This document shows, piece by piece, positions 46,472 to 50,463 of a stretch of 50,463 nucleotides of DNA. The translations under genes and the position numbers were made by a program. Numbering within the stretch: the first letter of the stretch is position 1; every line of letters starts with the position of its first letter. The stretch comes from an uncultured Candidatus Peribacteria bacterium (GTDB taxonomy: Bacteria; Patescibacteriota; Gracilibacteria; UBA1369; JACRIC01): assembly GCA_964617145.1 (NCBI GenBank), contig CAZTVN010000001.1, forward strand, positions 1-50,463. Reading direction: 5' to 3'. The notes beneath the pieces are model-generated. The model ran no database searches, was not told the origin of the DNA, and saw nothing but the letters and a program-made list of their open reading frames with translations.

Positions 46472-47314
46472 TTATTTTTTCGTTTTTTTACGACGTCGTA
46501 CAATAAATTGATCACTGTATTTTTTCCTCTTTCTTGTTTTTTTCCCAAGTGCTGGCAATCCCCAAGGAGTTTTTGGATGTTTAAGCCCTATCGGGTGCGA
46601 TCCTTCTCCACCTCCATGAGGGTGATCTACTGGGTTTTTTGCTTTCCCTCGAACCACTGGACGAATTCCCATGTGTCTTTTTCTTCCTGCTTTACCAATT
46701 TTGATAAGATTGTAATCCCCATTGCTCACAGATCCAATAGTTGCAAAACATTCTTTATGAAATTTCCTCATTTCTCCTGATGGCATCTCAACAAAAACGT
46801 AATCGCCTTCTTGTGCTAGCATTCTTGCTGAACATCCTGCTGATCGTATGACTTTTCCTCCAGCACCAGGCTTTAATTCGATATTGTGAATATTGAATCC
46901 GGGAGGGATATTTTTAATTTTGATTCTATTTCCGATTACTGCCTTTGCACGAAGAGCTGTTATAATAGTTGTTCCTACTTCAATTTTTTGAGGAGCAAGA
47001 TGATACCTTCTTTCACCATCTTTATAACAAACGAGCATGATAAAGGCGTTTCGATCAGGATCGTATTCTATGGCTTCGACTTTTGCGGGAATGTTGAGTT
47101 TATCGATTTGTTTGAAATCTACGGTTCTTTGGTTTCTTTTTGCTCCACTTCCGCGATGAGCCACCGTTATCTTCCCTTGATTATTTCTTCCTGATCCACT
47201 TTTTTTCCCTTTTATAAGTTTTTTGTGTGGACGATTTCGCGTGATCTCTTCGTATGAGAGTACGCTCATTTGTCTTCTTCCTGGTGTTACTGGTTTTATT
47301 ATTTGAATAGGCAT
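46472..47314 (-). CDS. rplB: 50S ribosomal protein L2
   Basis: 280 aa, ..MGIRPVVRGKAKNPVDHPHGGGEG.. Confidence 0.97.
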   Translation of the reverse strand: MPIQIIKPVTPGRRQMSVLSYEEITRNRPHKKLIKGKKSGSGRNNQGKITVAHRGSGAKRNQRTVDFKQIDKLNIPAKVEAIEYDPDRNAFIMLVCYKDGERRYHLAPQKIEVGTTIITALRAKAVIGNRIKIKNIPPGFNIHNIELKPGAGGKVIRSAGCSARMLAQEGDYVFVEMPSGEMRKFHKECFATIGSVSNGDYNLIKIGKAGRKRHMGIRPVVRGKAKNPVDHPHGGGEGSHPIGLKHPKTPWGLPALGKKTRKRKKYSDQFIVRRRKKTKK

Positions 47315-47330
47315 AGTTTATAAATATCGA

Positions 47331-47633
47331 TTATTTTTCTTTCAAAAATTTATTGAGATCAAGCTTCTTTTTTTTATCTTTTAAGGTCACAATAGCTTTT
47401 TTAAGCATATCTCTTTTTTCCATCAGTTGTCCCTTTTTTAAGAATCGATATTTTTGTTTAATAGGGATCATTCTCACGCTTTCTATTTGAACTCCATATA
47501 TTTTTCGAATCGCATTTTTAATATCAATTTTCGTGCTTTTTTTCTTTGCCAAGAAGGTATATTTCCCTTTTTCTTGCATTTTCGTGCTTTTCTCAGTTAC
47601 CAATGGCTGTATTATTGAGTCTAATTCGTACAT
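47331..47633 (-). CDS. rplW: 50S ribosomal protein L23
   Basis: 100 aa, ..PLVTEKSTKMQEKGKYTFLA.. Confidence 0.93.
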   Translation of the reverse strand: MYELDSIIQPLVTEKSTKMQEKGKYTFLAKKKSTKIDIKNAIRKIYGVQIESVRMIPIKQKYRFLKKGQLMEKRDMLKKAIVTLKDKKKKLDLNKFLKEK

Positions 47634-47648
47634 TTTAAAAATAGGAAT

Positions 47649-48293
47649 TTAAGAGATTTTAGGTTTACGTAGTTTTAAGAAAATGTTTTCGATTTCCTTC
47701 AAAGCTTCTTCGATAAAAACAACTTTTTCATATTTTAAAAGATCTTCTGGATTGAGATAATTAACGAGCAGCGTTTTTACATTTTTTATATTTCTTGCGG
47801 ATTTTTCGAGGGATTCGTGTTTTTTTGATAAAACAAAAAGAGCGTTTCTTTGAATTGGTAATTTTTCCATCATTGTTTTAAATGTTTTGGTTTTTATTTC
47901 ATTGTCATAATTTTCGATGGCAAAAATTTGATCCCCTTTTGCTAAAGCTGATAAATATGAAAATAATGCTTTTCTTCTTTGTTTTTTTGGCATCATGAGA
48001 GAAAAATTTTGAGTATTTCTTGGTCCAAACGCTACTCCTCCTCCTTTCATGTGCGGATTTCTGGTTGAACCCTGACGCGCCCGACCTGTCCCTTTTTGTG
48101 GATGAGGTTTTCTACCGCCACCACGCACTTCTCCTTTCGTTTTTGTATGCGCAATAGCGATTCTTTTGTTTGCTTGTTGATATCTCAAATATTGATGCAT
48201 GAGGTCGTGATTTACCTTTATTCCGAAAATATTTTCGTTTAGAGTAATTTGTCCTTTTTTTTCACCCATTTGTGTGTAGAGATCTATTTTCAT
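47649..48293 (-). CDS. rplD: 50S ribosomal protein L4
   Basis: 214 aa, ..GEVRGGGRKPHPQKGTGRARQGSTRNPHMKGGGVAFGP.. Confidence 0.96.
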   Translation of the reverse strand: MKIDLYTQMGEKKGQITLNENIFGIKVNHDLMHQYLRYQQANKRIAIAHTKTKGEVRGGGRKPHPQKGTGRARQGSTRNPHMKGGGVAFGPRNTQNFSLMMPKKQRRKALFSYLSALAKGDQIFAIENYDNEIKTKTFKTMMEKLPIQRNALFVLSKKHESLEKSARNIKNVKTLLVNYLNPEDLLKYEKVVFIEEALKEIENIFLKLRKPKIS

Positions 48294-48877
48294 TATGAAA
48301 TTTTTCTTATGATGACGAGACTATTTTTGCTTCCGGGTATTGGCCCTTTTATTCCTATAAGGTGTTCTTCTTTGTTGAGATAGGCAATCGGGGCTTTTTT
48401 GAGCGTAACCATTTCACTTCCCATATGACCTGGTAGTCGTTTCCCTTTATGAACACGACCTGGTTTTGCCCTGGCTCCAATTGAGCCTGGTTCTCTATGA
48501 TGATGTGAACCGTGGGAAGCTGGTCCCCCTGCGAAATGAAATCTTTTTATTACTCCTTGAAATCCTTTTCCTTTTGAAATACCGCTAATTTTTACTTTCT
48601 CATTTTCTTGGAACATTTCTACGGTTACAAGGCTACCTTTCTTATATTGTTCTTCATTTTCAATGCGGAATTCTTTTTTGAAATAAAATTGTTTATTCTT
48701 TTTTGGGTTTTTCAGTTTTTGAAATCCGAGAACGATTGCTGAATAACCATCCTTTTCCAAGGTTTTGACCTGCGTAACTTCATTTGGTACACATTGCACT
48801 ATGGTCAAGGGAATTGGCTTTCCGTTATCTCCAAAAATCCGCGTCATACCTATTTTTTTGCCGAGTATTCCTGGCAT
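48293..48877 (-). CDS. rplC: 50S ribosomal protein L3
   Basis: 194 aa, MPGILGKKIGMTRIF...GKGFQGVIKR.. Confidence 0.96.
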   Translation of the reverse strand: MPGILGKKIGMTRIFGDNGKPIPLTIVQCVPNEVTQVKTLEKDGYSAIVLGFQKLKNPKKNKQFYFKKEFRIENEEQYKKGSLVTVEMFQENEKVKISGISKGKGFQGVIKRFHFAGGPASHGSHHHREPGSIGARAKPGRVHKGKRLPGHMGSEMVTLKKAPIAYLNKEEHLIGIKGPIPGSKNSLVIIRKIS

Positions 48878-48987
48878 AACTTAGTGGTTAATAATTTTTT
48901 TAGTCTTTGGACTTTTGATTTCCTTATGGTGTTTTTTTTCAAATCACCTTAAGGAGCCTCTGACTTTTTTAACATAAGCAGGGATGA

Positions 48988-49016
48988 GTTTAGCTTCTTA
49001 TTGGCCTTAAGTCAAA
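48988..49016 (-). promoter_or_regulatory. candidate promoter in the rpsJ-rplC spacer
   Basis: On the minus strand: TTGACT (49016-49011), 17-nt spacer, TAAACT (48993-48988). This leaves a leader of roughly 105 nt before the rplC ATG at 48877. Confidence 0.4.
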
Positions 49017-49040
49017 TTTTTTTTATGAAAAAAATTGATA

Positions 49041-49080
49041 GTTAAAAATTTATCAAAAGAAATTTTGCTTTTGATAAATT
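49041..49080 (-). terminator. candidate weak intrinsic terminator after rpsJ
   Basis: On the minus strand: 13-bp AT-rich stem (49080-49068 / 49059-49047), 8-nt loop, then UUUAAC. The stem has low GC, so termination is uncertain. Confidence 0.3.
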
Positions 49081-49133
49081 TGCAAGTAGGGTAGCGATTT
49101 TTTCAGCACCTTCTTAGTTTTTCAGACAACTCC

Positions 49134-49460
49134 TTAAGATTCCAGACTTAACATTTTAATTTCGATGTCTACTCCTGCTGGCAGATCGAGATTGGTGAGG
49201 GCATCGATCGTTGATGATGTTGTTTCAGAAATATCGATTAGGCGAGTATGTGTACGAACTTCAAATTGTTCACGAGAATCTTTGTGAACAAATGTTGATT
49301 TGTTCACTGTGAATTTTTCTATTTTTGTTGGAAGGGGTATGGGCCCTGCAACCAAAGCGCCGCTACGTTCAGCTGTATCGATAATTAAGCGTGACGATTC
49401 GTCGATTACCTTATGGTCAAATGAGCGTATTTTAATGCGTATTTTTTGTTTGGCAGCCAT
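49134..49460 (-). CDS. rpsJ: 30S ribosomal protein S10
   Basis: 108 aa, ..[16 protein letters not shown]... The start overlaps the tuf stop (TAATG). Confidence 0.96.
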   Translation of the reverse strand: MAAKQKIRIKIRSFDHKVIDESSRLIIDTAERSGALVAGPIPLPTKIEKFTVNKSTFVHKDSREQFEVRTHTRLIDISETTSSTIDALTNLDLPAGVDIEIKMLSLES

Positions 49461-50463
49461 TACTTCATTATTTTAGCGACTACTCCCGCTCCGACGGTTC
49501 TGCCACCTTCGCGGATAGCGAAACGAAGCCCGCTATCCATAGCAATTGGCGCACTGAGTTTTACGACCATCTTTATGTTATCGCCTGGCATTACCATTTC
49601 CACATTTTGAGGAAGTTCAACTTCTCCTGTAACATCGGTGGTTCGGATGTAAAATTGAGGTTTGTAACCTTTAAAGAAAGGAGTATGGCGGCCACCTTCT
49701 TCTTTAGTCAAAATATAGACTTCTGCTTCAAATTCGGTGTGAGGAGTGATACTGCCTGGCTTTGCAATGACCTGTCCGCGTTCTATTTCTTCTCTTTCAA
49801 TACCTCGAAGAAGTAGTCCCACGTTATCACCCGCTTGACCTTGGTCAAGCTCTTTGCGGAACATTTCTACTCCAGTTACCACAACTTTTCTGGTTTCTTT
49901 CACCCCAACAATTTCTATTTCTTCGTTCACTTTTACTACTCCTTGTTCGACACGACCTGTTGCCACAGTTCCACGACCTTTAATAGAAAATACATCTTCA
50001 ACCGGCATTAAGAAGGGTTTATCGAGTTCACGAACTGGTTGAGGAATTTGTTCGTCAAGCGCTTTGGCAAGGTCAATAATAGGCTTACAAGCCGCACAAT
50101 CTTCTTTGCCACATGCACATTCGAGAGCTTTTAATGCTGATCCTCTTATAATAACGGCGTTATCTCCGTCAAATTCGTATTTGTTTAGCAATTCTCGGAC
50201 TTCCATCTCAGAGAGTTCTGCAATTTCGCTGTCCGCCATATCCATTTTATTGAGGAAGACAATAATTTTTGGAACTCCAACTTGACGAGCAAGAAGGATG
50301 TGTTCACGGGTTTGAGGCATTGGGCCATCGGCTGCTGATACTACAAGAATAGCTCCATCCATTTGAGCTGCACCCGTAATCATGTTTTTGACGTAGTCAG
50401 CATGCCCGGGACAGTCTACGTGAGCATAGTGACGATTTGGAGTTTCATATTCTTGATGAGAAG
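49460..50463 (-). CDS. tuf: elongation factor Tu (5' end outside the window)
   Basis: The reading frame continues upstream of the track's internal Met to the window edge (..[33 protein letters not shown]..). Domains II and III are complete. Confidence 0.97.
   Translation of the reverse strand, partial: SHQEYETPNRHYAHVDCPGHADYVKNMITGAAQMDGAILVVSAADGPMPQTREHILLARQVGVPKIIVFLNKMDMADSEIAELSEMEVRELLNKYEFDGDNAVIIRGSALKALECACGKEDCAACKPIIDLAKALDEQIPQPVRELDKPFLMPVEDVFSIKGRGTVATGRVEQGVVKVNEEIEIVGVKETRKVVVTGVEMFRKELDQGQAGDNVGLLLRGIEREEIERGQVIAKPGSITPHTEFEAEVYILTKEEGGRHTPFFKGYKPQFYIRTTDVTGEVELPQNVEMVMPGDNIKMVVKLSAPIAMDSGLRFAIREGGRTVGAGVVAKIMK

Overview
Low-GC bacterial chromosome segment read in the standard genetic code. 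It is densely packed and consists almost entirely of core energy, nucleotide and translation genes. I found no rRNA, tRNA, CRISPR array, transposase, integrase or recognisable defence gene. Plus strand: a complete F1Fo ATP synthase operon atpBEFHAGDC (128-6509). It is followed 83 nt later by a six-gene Hyf/Hyc-type cluster (group-4 [NiFe]-hydrogenase / complex-I-like, 6593-13830). The membrane subunits of that cluster look intact, but its two peripheral 'catalytic' subunits have lost most metal-ligand cysteines. Next come a DnaQ-exonuclease/DinG-like fusion (minus strand) and carA (minus strand). After those lie a TerC/DUF475 membrane protein and pyrB-pyrC-pyrD-pyrK (plus strand). A minus-strand unit of two ORFans plus a Clp/Hsp100 ATPase follows, and then pyrE and pyrF (plus strand). 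From 50463 down to 28797 the minus strand is one long colinear array: tuf(partial)-rpsJ, then the S10, spc and alpha operons. These are followed by rplM-rpsI, trmD, a P2-type cation ATPase, a DUF167 gene and rsmA. There is no L30 gene between rpsE and rplO. The ORF track missed rpmJ because it is too short. The two most unusual non-coding objects are described next. (1) A 275-nt GC-enriched element at 22397-22671, between convergent genes, folds into a three-way junction of perfect 25-, 17- and 14-bp helices and matches no RNA family I can recognise. (2) A roughly 160-nt imperfect hairpin with strand-specific G-U pairs lies immediately upstream of pyrF. The missing L30, the compact gene spacing and the reduced metabolism are compatible with a CPR/Patescibacteria-like or similarly reduced lineage, but that is inference only.
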